A stretch of 62,905 nucleotides of DNA, filler included. It is 5 parts of 5 records of this genome, joined end to end, with 100 filler letters (N's around TTAATTAATTAA, not from the genome) between each part and the next. Parts side by side here need not be neighbours in the genome. Positions count along the whole stretch, not along the records: positions 6,448 to 29,452 come from DRR723986_2297; 4 more parts are not named here. One strand, given 5' to 3'. The notes below the pieces were generated by a model. It ran no database searches. It worked only from the letters and a program-made list of their open reading frames with translations, and had not been told where the DNA came from. Shown here piece after piece: positions 9,806-19,215 of this stretch (positions within the stretch are counted from its first letter, which is position 1; every line of letters begins with the position of its first letter). Position numbers and translations under genes: made by a program.

Positions 9806-10561
9806 CTAGAGCGTCTGTGCGGCGTTGATGGAGGAAACAAACCGGCGGGTGCGCTCGCGCTCGGGATGACGGAAGATCGCGTCCGCGTCTCCGGTTTCCA
9901 CCACCTGCCCGGCCTCCAGAAAGACGACATGATTTGCGATCTGCGATGCCAGTCGCAGGTCGTGTGTCGCCATCACCATGGTGGTCCCTTCCCGGGCAAG
10001 CTGACCGAGTACATCGACCACCTCACCGGCCAGTTCCGGATCGAGCGCGGAAGTCGGCTCGTCGCACAAAAGCACCTTGGGCGAAGGTGCAAGAGCACGG
10101 GCAATCGCAACACGTTGCTGCTGACCGCCGGAAAGATTGGCCGGCCAGGCGTCGGTCTTGTGCGACATGCCGACCTTGTCGAGCAGATCCAGCGCCCGCT
10201 GCCGGGCCTTTTCACGGGGCCATTTCTGAACCACCAGCAGACCTTCCATCACATTCTCGATCACTGTCCTGTGCGGAAAGAGCTGAAAGTTCTGGAACAC
10301 CATGCCCGTCTCGCAGCGGATCTTCTGAACCGATGCCTGCGGCACTGAAACGCCCGGTTTGAACGTGATCTTGTGTTCACCGACCTGAACACTGCCGGAG
10401 GTCGGTATCTCCAGCAGATTGATACAGCGCAACAAAGTGCTCTTGCCGCCGCCCGACGGGCCAACAAGCGCCGTAACGCTGCCTTCGGGAAAACGCAGCG
10501 AGATATCGTCGAGGATAAGCGCGTCACCAAACTTTTTCTTGATATTGGAAAGCTCGATCAT
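9806..10561 (-). CDS. Polar amino-acid ABC transporter ATP-binding protein (TcyC/YecC-like)
   Basis: GPSGGGKST, LSGGQQQRVAIARALA, LLCDEPTSALDPEL. Confidence 0.93.
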   Translation of the reverse strand: MIELSNIKKKFGDALILDDISLRFPEGSVTALVGPSGGGKSTLLRCINLLEIPTSGSVQVGEHKITFKPGVSVPQASVQKIRCETGMVFQNFQLFPHRTVIENVMEGLLVVQKWPREKARQRALDLLDKVGMSHKTDAWPANLSGGQQQRVAIARALAPSPKVLLCDEPTSALDPELAGEVVDVLGQLAREGTTMVMATHDLRLASQIANHVVFLEAGQVVETGDADAIFRHPERERTRRFVSSINAAQTL

Positions 10562-11238
10562 CTTGAGGTCTCCAGCATGCCACCATATCGCGCAAACCGG
10601 ACTTCCAGCCGCTCCTGCAGCCAGGCAAGCACGGAACTCATGGCAAGATAGATCAGGGCCGCCTCGATGTAGAGGATCAACGGCTCATAGGTGGTCGCAA
10701 CGATGCGCTGCGCCGACTGGAACAACTCCGGCACCGTGATGGCAGCGGCCAGAGACGTATCCTTGACCAGCGAAATGAAAGTATTTGACAGCGGCGGCAC
10801 CGCCACGCGCCCGGCTTGCGGCAGGATCGTGCGCATCATCGCCTGGCGCCATGTCATCCCGGTCGAAAACGCGGCTTCCCACTGTCCCTTCGGCACGGAG
10901 GAAATGGCAGCCCGGATGATCTCTGACGAATAGGCACCGACATTGAGCGTAAAGCCGATCAGGGCGGCAGGAAACGCATCCAGCAGAATGCCGATGCTGG
11001 GCAGACCGTAGAAGATCACGAAAAGCTGTACCAGCAGCGGCGTTCCCCGGAAGACCCAGACATAAAAGCGCGCGACCAGCACCAGCGGCAGCGGCGCGAA
11101 CAGGCGTGTGACAGCCGTGGTCAGACCAAGACTGAGCCCCAGTGCGAAGGACAACAGCGTGAGCGGAATGGTGAATTTGACCCCCGCCCACAGAAGTGTC
11201 GGCAGGGAATCGATCATCAACTGAAGCCAGTGAGGCAC
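10558..11238 (-). CDS. Polar amino-acid ABC transporter permease (TcyB/YecS-like)
   Basis: FRGTPLLVQLF, AY.SEIIRAAI.SVPKGQWEAA, FISLVKDTSL. Confidence 0.93.
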   Translation of the reverse strand: MPHWLQLMIDSLPTLLWAGVKFTIPLTLLSFALGLSLGLTTAVTRLFAPLPLVLVARFYVWVFRGTPLLVQLFVIFYGLPSIGILLDAFPAALIGFTLNVGAYSSEIIRAAISSVPKGQWEAAFSTGMTWRQAMMRTILPQAGRVAVPPLSNTFISLVKDTSLAAAITVPELFQSAQRIVATTYEPLILYIEAALIYLAMSSVLAWLQERLEVRFARYGGMLETSR

Positions 11239-11249
11239 GATAAAGCTCC

Positions 11250-11331
11250 AAAAAAACGCGCCAGGCGCGAACGCCCGGCGCTTTTCGTTTAGGTGAGAAG
11301 GGCCGGTCTAGATCTGCATGGACCGGCCTTC
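11250..11331 (-). terminator. Two hairpins between the binding-protein and permease genes; the second is terminator-like
   Basis: Minus strand: GAAGGCCGGTC...GACCGGCCCTTC (11297-11331), then GCGCCGGGCG-TTCG-CGCCTGGCGC followed by T7 (11250-11281). Confidence 0.6.
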
Positions 11332-11337
11332 ATCATG

Positions 11338-12111
11338 TCAGTTGGACACGTCCTGACCAAAGTACTTGTCGGAAATCGCCTGGTAGGTGCCATCCGCCTT
11401 GATGTCGGCCAGCGCCGAGTTCAGGGCGGCAACCAGTTCCGGATCCCCCTTGCGCACCAATATGCCGGAATAGTCGGCATTTGCCTTCTCGGCGACAACC
11501 TTCACCGGCGCATCCGGTTTCTGCTTCTTGAAGTCCAGATAGGACAGGCTGTCGTTGATGGTCGCATCGGCCCGGCGTGTCAGCACCAGCTGGATGGACT
11601 GGTCGAACCCGTCGGTGCCGACCAGTTCCGCTCCGGCTTCTTCCGCCAGCTTGCCGAAATTGCTGGTCAAGGACTGAGCCGCCTTTTTGCCGGCGAGGTC
11701 TTCGAAGCCATTGATGTCGTCATTGCTGTCACGAACGATCAGCACTGCCTTGGAGGCGATGTAGGGGTCGGAAAAATCGTATTTCTGCTTGCGGGCGTCG
11801 GTGATGCCAACCTGATTGATGACCACGTCGTAGCGCTTGACGTCCAGGCCGGCAATCAGACCGTCCCATTTGCCTTCGATGAACTCGGCCTTGACGCCAA
11901 GTTTTTCGGCAACGGCCTCGCCTATTTCGACATCGAAACCGACCAGTTTGCCTTCCCCGTCGTGGAAGGTGAAAGGCGCGTAGGTGCCTTCGGTACCGAT
12001 CTTCAGGACACCTGCCGATTTGACCGCATCGAGGTTGTCACCCGCCTGCGAGGGAGAAAGGGTAAGTACCTGCAGCACTGCGGCCGCGGCAATCGCTTTG
12101 AACCAGCTCAT
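11338..12111 (-). CDS. Amino-acid ABC transporter substrate-binding protein, cystine-type (FliY/TcyA-like)
   Basis: Signal peptide, IGTEGTYAPF, GFDVEI, WDGLIAGL..KRYDVVINQVGI, AQSLTSNF. Start placed at ATG 12111. Confidence 0.9.
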   Translation of the reverse strand: MSWFKAIAAAAVLQVLTLSPSQAGDNLDAVKSAGVLKIGTEGTYAPFTFHDGEGKLVGFDVEIGEAVAEKLGVKAEFIEGKWDGLIAGLDVKRYDVVINQVGITDARKQKYDFSDPYIASKAVLIVRDSNDDINGFEDLAGKKAAQSLTSNFGKLAEEAGAELVGTDGFDQSIQLVLTRRADATINDSLSYLDFKKQKPDAPVKVVAEKANADYSGILVRKGDPELVAALNSALADIKADGTYQAISDKYFGQDVSN

Positions 12112-12577
12112 ATCAATTCCTTTCCGGCATGATGAGTGAGTGGCCTTAGTGCCGGAATGTGGAAGCGATTGCAGGAGAAGAAAGAGCAAAAATGCAGAAA
12201 GAGGGAGAATATTTTGCTCTCATATCGCGGATCGGCAGCACACGACACAACACCGGCCGCAGCCTCGACCGCACTCTCTGGAAGTGTCCTGGCGGCAACC
12301 ATCCGCCACTGAAACTGTTCCCGTGACCGCTCCTATGGGTGCCGTCAGTCGCTAAAGCGGCGGAAGGTTCATGGATACGTTCTCCAGGTCAGGCTCCAAA
12401 CCGGCTACATGTGAATATTGCCCACAAGAAGACGACATCTTCTCCTTGGGCAAGAAAGCCTCCAGCCCGCATCGTGTAGAAGCTCGATCGGAATAGTCAC
12501 ATGGTTGCGATCATTGAGCGTGCCCTCCCGAACGGATCAGGTTTCCGATTACCAAAGACCGAATTCGGCGGAACTCG

Positions 12578-13453
12578 TCAGCTTTCCGCAGGCACAGCAC
12601 CTTGATCCAGCATGTGATCGAAGCGCCCCTCACGCACACAGCCCGGCAGACCTTCGCGCGGGATGATCTCGGTGCCGACAAGCTCTTTCGCGTAGAGCCT
12701 TTCGATATCGCTGGTATCGACCGTCTGGCCATGGACGACAGATGCCAGTTTGGTCCGGAAGGCTTCCACGCCGCCCATGGATGAAAAATGCCAGCCTGCA
12801 TCGGGCAGGATTTTCACCGGGCGGCTGATGCCCGACAGGTTGTTGTTGCGGATCCTGAGAAGCGGTTGGGCGACAAAACCCGGCACGTAGGACTTTTTCG
12901 TCATCCGGGCCTTTGTCCGGCGCAGTTGCTGCGGCGTGGTCAGGTACTTCTTTTCAATCATCCGCGACCCCAGCAGCCAGGTCTTGCCGGGAACGATACG
13001 GTCGAGATGGTGTTTGTGCAGGCTCTGTTCGAACACCAGCAGCCGCCCCTTGTAGAGTTTCTCGTCCAGCACCTTCTTCAGAACATCCGCCCGCACGATC
13101 TCGTCGACATCCGACAGAAGGATGACGTCGTCCGGCGCACAGGCTTCCAGTCCCCGTGCAATGCAATTGCGCTGATAGTTCTCGCGTTCCCAGTCCGCTT
13201 TCCGGCGGTTCTTGTAAACGCCGAGCGCCGGCGGCAATTCATCGGGAAACTCGACCTGAAGATCGATGATCTTGTCGGCCCAGGGCGCAAACCGTTCGCG
13301 ATTTTCCGCAAAGTAGAACGGCTTGGGACCACCGCGTTGCGTCTGGTTCGCTTCCACCAGGACAAACTTGTCGACATGGTTCCCCATCTCCCGAAGACGG
13401 ATTTCCAGAAGGTCGAATTCGTTATGGAAGACAAAACAGTCGTAGAGCTTCAT
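12578..13453 (-). CDS. Glycosyltransferase family 17 (beta-1,4-GlcNAc transferase III-like)
   Basis: YDCF.F.NEFDLLEIRL, FVLVEAN.T..G.PKP, W.RE.YQRN, SDVDEI, GWHFS. Confidence 0.85.
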   Translation of the reverse strand: MKLYDCFVFHNEFDLLEIRLREMGNHVDKFVLVEANQTQRGGPKPFYFAENRERFAPWADKIIDLQVEFPDELPPALGVYKNRRKADWERENYQRNCIARGLEACAPDDVILLSDVDEIVRADVLKKVLDEKLYKGRLLVFEQSLHKHHLDRIVPGKTWLLGSRMIEKKYLTTPQQLRRTKARMTKKSYVPGFVAQPLLRIRNNNLSGISRPVKILPDAGWHFSSMGGVEAFRTKLASVVHGQTVDTSDIERLYAKELVGTEIIPREGLPGCVREGRFDHMLDQGAVPAES

Positions 13454-13633
13454 GCCTGGGCCCGGTTTCCTCGATCGCGAAGGGTGGCGCATTCTGGCTG
13501 CCGGATGGCAGCTCAAGTCATGGCAAGCCTCTTCCTGGTGCCTGCCGGGACCGATATCGGATTTCAGTCAAGAGGTCCACGGACCTGGCGCACAAAAGCG
13601 AATAGACCGCCCCTCACCCCGCTGCCGATGCGC

Positions 13634-14200
13634 CTACTTGATCGAAAAGGGCATTCGGACTTTCGCGGAATTGCCGCTGAATTCATCGTTGACGGTGAGT
13701 TCCAGTACATAGTCGCCCGCCGGGGCCCCGCTGACATTCAGGGTCAGGTTGGCCATGTATTCGGTATTGGGCACGTGGCTCTTGAAGTCGAACCGGCCAA
13801 AGCCCTTTTGCCCAGCCAGCACCTTGCCATCGGGCGACGCGAGGTCGAAGTCGACGGTCAGAAGAGATGTGAAAAGGCCATCCTGCTGTTTCCAGTCGAA
13901 GCCAACCGGCTCCAGGTAGATGCGCAGCGGCTCGTCCGCTCCGAAAGCTGCATCTGCCCGGGGTTTATAGATGCCGAAGCCGTCGGCGGGGGCCATCACG
14001 AACAGGGCGGTTGGAATGGAAATGGTGGCTTTCGACCAAACGTCGAAAAGCGCCTCGCGCATCAAAGAGATGGCTTCCCCGCCCTTGCCGGCATCAAGCG
14101 CGGCCTCCACTTCAGCCGCCTTGTCCTGCAAAGGTCCCGCAATGGCCTGGCATGACAGGGCAACCGCAAGCGCAGTTCCCAGAAACATTGGTTTCAGCAT
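13634..14200 (-). CDS. Secreted hypothetical protein, beta-sandwich-like
   Basis: Signal peptide (MLKPMFLGTALAVALSCQAIA) after the RBS GGGGGAG; alternating beta-strand pattern ending G.Y.LE.TV.D..SG. Confidence 0.75.
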   Translation of the reverse strand: MLKPMFLGTALAVALSCQAIAGPLQDKAAEVEAALDAGKGGEAISLMREALFDVWSKATISIPTALFVMAPADGFGIYKPRADAAFGADEPLRIYLEPVGFDWKQQDGLFTSLLTVDFDLASPDGKVLAGQKGFGRFDFKSHVPNTEYMANLTLNVSGAPAGDYVLELTVNDEFSGNSAKVRMPFSIK

Positions 14201-14634
14201 AGTCTCCCCCTTCACATTTGCGATCCGAAAGGTGAAGCACACCATTATGGCGGTCTCGCCGCAAGTGTCAGATTCTGTCCTGCGGAACGCAAGGGACAAG
14301 GCGAAATGCTCAAAATCTCATGCTAGGCGGGCAAGTGAAGCCTGTTCTAACCGGCAGAGTGCGTTCGGCAGGTATGCTTCCGTCTTTTGGTCGTTTCCAA
14401 CAGGCGTACCGAAAGAAAAAGAGCCGCTGCATTCATCCAGGTTTCAATAGCCACTCCATACACAGAAAGCTTGCTTGCTTCCGCCAAGGGAAGCCGCTTA
14501 AATCCTGGTACTGGCCACTTCGTTTCCCGTTTCAGGAAATCCGGACGCCTTATTTCCGCCAGTACACATGTTTGACGAAATGATCGAAGAAGCTTTTGCC
14601 TGGGAGTGTTCAATTGTTTTTCGAGCGTGGCCCC

Positions 14635-16518
14635 GTGACGAGATCAATTTACCTCTTTTTCAGCGTTCTGCTTTTCACGGTTCCCGCACATGCCGAAAGG
14701 CGTGTCGCGCTAATCGTGGGGAACGCGGCCTATTCCTCGGCCAGCACGCTCGAAAACCCGGTCAACGACGCAAGGAAACTTGGTGAAGCCCTGAAAGAGC
14801 TGAATTTTGAGGTCCTGCAGCAGGAAAATCTGCAGCGTTCCTCGTTTCTGGAAACAATCCGGATGTTTTCCAAATCCCTGGAAGGAGCTGACGTCGCACT
14901 GTTTTTTTACGCCGGGCACGGAATCCAGGTTGCCGGCGAAAACTACCTAGTCCCCTCCGACGCCCATTTGCAGGAAGAAAGCGACATCAGCGCCGAGCTG
15001 ATCGCCGTCAAATCGCTTCTACAACAAATGGACGGCTCGGCAAAAACCAGGATCATTCTGCTTGATGCCTGCCGTGACAATCCATTCGCACTCACCCTTG
15101 CCGGCGCCATGGGGAATAGAGCGGTTGAGGTAGGCCAGGGGCTCGCCCGGGTCGATGCCGGACCAGGCACGCTTATCGCCTACGCAACGGAGCCAGGCAA
15201 TGTCGCCCTTGACGGAACAGACGGAAACAGCCCTTTTACAAAGGCATTGCTGACGCACATTTCCACCCCTGATCTGGACATTGCCCGCATGCTACGGCGG
15301 GTGCGGACGGATGTGATTGAAACCACGGAAGGAGCCCAGATCCCCTGGGAAAATTCATCCCTGGTTCTGGATTTCACCTTCAACCCCACCGAACAGGGCA
15401 AACTGGCACTTGCGTCGAGCGAAGAAGCCTTGTGGGAAGCCGTCCGCTACGGCGACAATCCGGATGAAGTCAGGCTGTACCTGGAGCGCTATCCGAACGG
15501 GCAATTCGCCAAGGACGCTTTGAAGCTGCTGAACAACGCCCTCGGACACAAGCATCCCTCGATTGCCGACAACCAGGATGCCAAGGCACGGCAGTCAGCT
15601 TCAAGGCCGGTCAAGACATGCCTGGCCATCGAGAACGCAGATATAGGGCCCGGCGACCCCGAAGAGGCCGTGCAAGCCTGTTATGACGCGGTCGCGCTCT
15701 TTCCCAACTCCGCCCTGCTTCGGCTGCTTTACGGCAAGGTCCTCGACCGCTCGGGCAACGAAGCCGAGGCATCCCGCCAGTACCGGCAGTCGGCGGAGCT
15801 CAACAACACCGAAGCCATGGTCGAACTGGCCGTCGCCTATGAGCTCGGCAAGGGCGTTGAATGGCAGCCGGGAGAAACGCTGCGGCTTCTGGAAAAATCC
15901 GCCCGTCTGGGCAACGCCAATGCCATGAACCTGCTCGCGCATTCCTATAGCGAAGGCAACCTCGTCGACTATGACGAGGCAAAGGCGTTCGAGTGGTTCC
16001 AGAAGGCAGCCGAAGCCGGCAACCCGGAAGCCGCGTTTTATGTCGCCGGAGCTTATGACAGAGGCGAAGGAATTGAGCAGAACGATTTCAAGGCCCGCCA
16101 CTGGTACCAGCGCGCGCTGGCGTCGGACGACGAAGGCCTGGCGGCAACAAACCTCGCCTGGATGTATCTCAAGGGCCGCGGCGGCGACAAGAACATCGAC
16201 CGGGCCCGGGAACTGCTGGAAAAAGCGGCGGCGGCTGACGACCCGATTGCGATGCGGGAATTGACCCTTCAATACCTAAACGGCACCTTCAAGAGCGAAC
16301 GGAGGGAGATTGCCATCGATTGGCTCATGAAGGCGATTAAGTCCGGCGGCAGGATCGAGGCGGAGTTTTGGTTTCTGACCAAGTCCGACACCTACCCGCT
16401 CTCCTTCAACAAGGCCGTTCAACGCCGGTTGAAGGAAGCCGGGGTCTATCATGGCAAAATTGACGGCCAGATTGGCGACCAGTCCCTGCAGGCGCTCTTT
16501 CAATATGCGGATGAGTAG
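14635..16518 (+). CDS. Secreted caspase-family (peptidase C14) protein with Sel1 repeats and a C-terminal peptidoglycan-binding-like domain
   Basis: Signal peptide; RVALIVGN..Y, L.NP.NDA, FFYAGHG, ILLDACR, NSPFT.AL; several Sel1 repeats (A..WFQKAAEAGNPEA); VQRRLKEAG.Y.GKIDG..G. GTG start at 14635 inferred. Confidence 0.88.
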   Translation: MTRSIYLFFSVLLFTVPAHAERRVALIVGNAAYSSASTLENPVNDARKLGEALKELNFEVLQQENLQRSSFLETIRMFSKSLEGADVALFFYAGHGIQVAGENYLVPSDAHLQEESDISAELIAVKSLLQQMDGSAKTRIILLDACRDNPFALTLAGAMGNRAVEVGQGLARVDAGPGTLIAYATEPGNVALDGTDGNSPFTKALLTHISTPDLDIARMLRRVRTDVIETTEGAQIPWENSSLVLDFTFNPTEQGKLALASSEEALWEAVRYGDNPDEVRLYLERYPNGQFAKDALKLLNNALGHKHPSIADNQDAKARQSASRPVKTCLAIENADIGPGDPEEAVQACYDAVALFPNSALLRLLYGKVLDRSGNEAEASRQYRQSAELNNTEAMVELAVAYELGKGVEWQPGETLRLLEKSARLGNANAMNLLAHSYSEGNLVDYDEAKAFEWFQKAAEAGNPEAAFYVAGAYDRGEGIEQNDFKARHWYQRALASDDEGLAATNLAWMYLKGRGGDKNIDRARELLEKAAAADDPIAMRELTLQYLNGTFKSERREIAIDWLMKAIKSGGRIEAEFWFLTKSDTYPLSFNKAVQRRLKEAGVYHGKIDGQIGDQSLQALFQYADE

Positions 16519-16635
16519 TAATTTTCTCGTGGGTTATATGGATTTCAAGGATGCGGGCGACACCTTTTTCGCGTTCTGCGGATGTGACCGGATCGGTCCG
16601 CCTCAAATCAAATGATCCTTAATAGCGGCCATACC

Positions 16636-19053
16636 CTAAAGCCGGTCTTCCGCTCCCTCGCGGCCTTCCCCATCGGCCTCTTCGCCCAATAGTCCAGCCG
16701 CAGCAGCCCCCGCGGCAGCAGCTTCCTTGGCAGCAGGCGGCATTGCCTCTTCGTCGTCGTCGGTCCCGGCTACACGCACGGTCACCTGGCGATGTGCAAA
16801 GCGGATCCCGTTCTTTTCGAACAGATCGCGCAGACCTGCATAAACGACCTTGCGAAGTTCGAACTGCTTGCCAGGCTTGGTGGTGAACTTGACACGCGCG
16901 ATCATGGCACTGTCTTCCATCGACATGATACCCTGAGACTTGAGCGGTGCCAGGAACATGGGCCCGTAATACTCGTCCTCCAGCAGCTCCTTGCCGAAGT
17001 TCTTGATGATCTTGCGCATCTTGTCCACGTCGGTGTCGTAGGTGACGCGGAACGCAAGTTTCATCACCGCCCAGTCTCGTGAGAAATTCTCCACTTTCTG
17101 AATTTCGCCAAAGGGAACCGTCGTAAGCGCACCGCGGTGGTGCCGCAGCTGCATCGACCGGATCGAGATCTTTTCGACAACGCCCTTGGCGCTGCCGATA
17201 TCGATGTATTCCCCTTTCCGGAAGGCATCGTCGATCAGATAGAAAGCTCCGGAGAAGATATCCCGGATAAGGGTCTGAGCCCCGAATCCAACTGCCAGAC
17301 CGACGACACCGGCACCGGCGAACAATGGCGCGATATTTACGCCCAGCTGCGACAGGATCACCATCGTGGCGATCACCACGATCGTGATGAGCAGGAAATT
17401 GCGGAAGATCGGCAGCAAGGTGGAAATCCGGCTCTCACCGGTTCCCCCGACTTCCGCCTCTTCGTCTTTCTCGGCAGGCGCTTCCTTGGCAATTTCCCGG
17501 TCAATGACGATTTTCACGGCCTCATAGGCCATGTAGCCAAGGAACATGACCAGAAGCACCTCGACGAAGGAACCGATCAGCGAGCCGCTGCCCGCAAGCG
17601 GCAGTCCCCATTTGGAAGCCAGCATGTCCAGCGAGGTGAACACGACCAGAATAGTGGCGCCCCGGTCGAACAGGTCCCGGAAGGGTGAGCGTCGCGCTTC
17701 CCGCTCGGCAGCTTCTGCGCGCGCCTGGGCCAATGTGCTGGCAACATCCTTTTCGCCGCCCTCGCCTGCTTCGGCACGTTTGATGTCCTCGGCAATCTTC
17801 TCCTGTGCGGCGGCCGTGTCCAGCCGCGGCAACAGAACCCGGTCGATGAGCAGGATCAGCAGCCCATAGGCAACCGCAGCCATCAGCAGCACTTCCAGCG
17901 GCGCACCGACCAGACCGATCGCGTCCGGCAAGTCGAGCAGGATACGCACTGCCGAAATACCCCAGGCCAGGAAGAAATAGGCAACGGCAACAAAGTGCCA
18001 GCCGCTGGCCAGAACCCTTCGCCAGATCGGCGCTTCAGCCCTCTTCTTTCCCCGGATCAGCCGCGCAATCACCCTGCGATAGACAATCGCGATGCCGGAC
18101 AGGATGACCATCGACAGCGCGGAGGCTGCAATCAATGCCAGCTTGTGAATGTCAGGCGACAGACCCAGTCGCTCCATCCAGAGGCAGAAGGCAACCGCCG
18201 CAAGGGAAATGGCGGAGCCGACAAGCAGCGTCCTGTAGAGCCCGTTCGCTTCCTGATTGGAAAGCGCCAGCAACCGGTGGCTCTCCGCGTCGGGTGCCAG
18301 CACATTCAGCCAGACAACACGGAGCGCCAGAAAAACCGCCATGGTGCCGACAACCACAAGTGCGGTCTTGTTGGATGCATCAATGCCCGTTCCGACCAGA
18401 AGAAATACCCCGGCCGCTACGGCAAAGAAGAGCCCCACACCGACGAACATCAGGATCGCCCGGGCATAAAGATAGATAATCTTGTCAGCCCGTGTCGTCG
18501 CGTCCGGCTGGTACCAGGACGCGAATTGCCGGCGGCCCCACCGGTTCACCAGGGCACAGGCCACAAGGCCGAGAACAACGGCTATCAGAATGTCCACCAG
18601 CGTTGACGACATCCAGTTGAGACCCCGTTCGCCCCCCTGGGCCCGCAAGGTCTCCACCATCACATCCTGGATCTCGGGAATTTTCTGAACGATGGACTTG
18701 AGGACATCCCGAGCCTCGACGGCATCTTCGGTGAACTCGTCCACGGTCTGAAGAAGGCTTGCGCCTTCGCCGGCGCCGTCGGCCGGCGCCACTTCAGAAC
18801 CAGCCGCTTCCGGCTGTGCATTTCCATCTGTCGTCGTTTCAGCGTCAGGAGCCACAGTACCGGTCTCGGTCTTGGTAGAGCCCTTTCCGGAAAACAGCCC
18901 GGGTATTCCCTGTGCCTGCGCCCCTGAGGGCAAACCACCCAGACACAGAAAGAGTGCAAGCAGACCTGACAGGAGAAGGAACGCTTTGCCTGGCCTCTTG
19001 CGGCCGCCATCGGCAAGACAGGATCGGCGATAGGTTGGTTGTGAAAAGCGCAT
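16636..19053 (-). CDS. Large MscS-family mechanosensitive channel
   Basis: AGAGVVGLAVGFGAQTLIRDIFSG, G.VEKISIRS..LRH.RG....VPFGEI..V.NFSRDW; many N-terminal TM helices. Start uncertain. Confidence 0.9.
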   Translation of the reverse strand: MRFSQPTYRRSCLADGGRKRPGKAFLLLSGLLALFLCLGGLPSGAQAQGIPGLFSGKGSTKTETGTVAPDAETTTDGNAQPEAAGSEVAPADGAGEGASLLQTVDEFTEDAVEARDVLKSIVQKIPEIQDVMVETLRAQGGERGLNWMSSTLVDILIAVVLGLVACALVNRWGRRQFASWYQPDATTRADKIIYLYARAILMFVGVGLFFAVAAGVFLLVGTGIDASNKTALVVVGTMAVFLALRVVWLNVLAPDAESHRLLALSNQEANGLYRTLLVGSAISLAAVAFCLWMERLGLSPDIHKLALIAASALSMVILSGIAIVYRRVIARLIRGKKRAEAPIWRRVLASGWHFVAVAYFFLAWGISAVRILLDLPDAIGLVGAPLEVLLMAAVAYGLLILLIDRVLLPRLDTAAAQEKIAEDIKRAEAGEGGEKDVASTLAQARAEAAEREARRSPFRDLFDRGATILVVFTSLDMLASKWGLPLAGSGSLIGSFVEVLLVMFLGYMAYEAVKIVIDREIAKEAPAEKDEEAEVGGTGESRISTLLPIFRNFLLITIVVIATMVILSQLGVNIAPLFAGAGVVGLAVGFGAQTLIRDIFSGAFYLIDDAFRKGEYIDIGSAKGVVEKISIRSMQLRHHRGALTTVPFGEIQKVENFSRDWAVMKLAFRVTYDTDVDKMRKIIKNFGKELLEDEYYGPMFLAPLKSQGIMSMEDSAMIARVKFTTKPGKQFELRKVVYAGLRDLFEKNGIRFAHRQVTVRVAGTDDDEEAMPPAAKEAAAAGAAAAGLLGEEADGEGREGAEDRL

Positions 19054-19146
19054 GTCAGCCCCGGGACGAGTCGCGAAAAGGATCCCCGTCTTTCTTGGCA
19101 CGGATCTGTGCCATTTGAAAGAAAGCCGGCTCTTCGCAAGGGGCTG

Positions 19147-19182
19147 AAAAAGAAGAGGCCCGATCCTTTCGAACCGGGCCTT
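19147..19182 (-). terminator. Intrinsic terminator after the DUF2336 gene
   Basis: Minus strand AGGCCCGGTTCGAAAGGATCGGGCCT followed by CTTCTTTTT. Confidence 0.65.
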
Positions 19183-19215
19183 ACATGCAGGCAGGAGGCG
19201 CCTTGCTTAATTGTG

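Noticed and set aside
14635..16518. Caspase gene as part of an anti-phage or cell-death system
   Set aside because: It has a signal peptide and Sel1/PG-binding domains, and no gasdermin, CHAT, NLR or CBASS genes are nearby.
19096..19113. TGGCACGGATCTGTGCCA as a sigma-54 promoter for mscS
   Set aside because: GG-to-GC spacing is 11 rather than 10 on both strands; only an imperfect palindrome.
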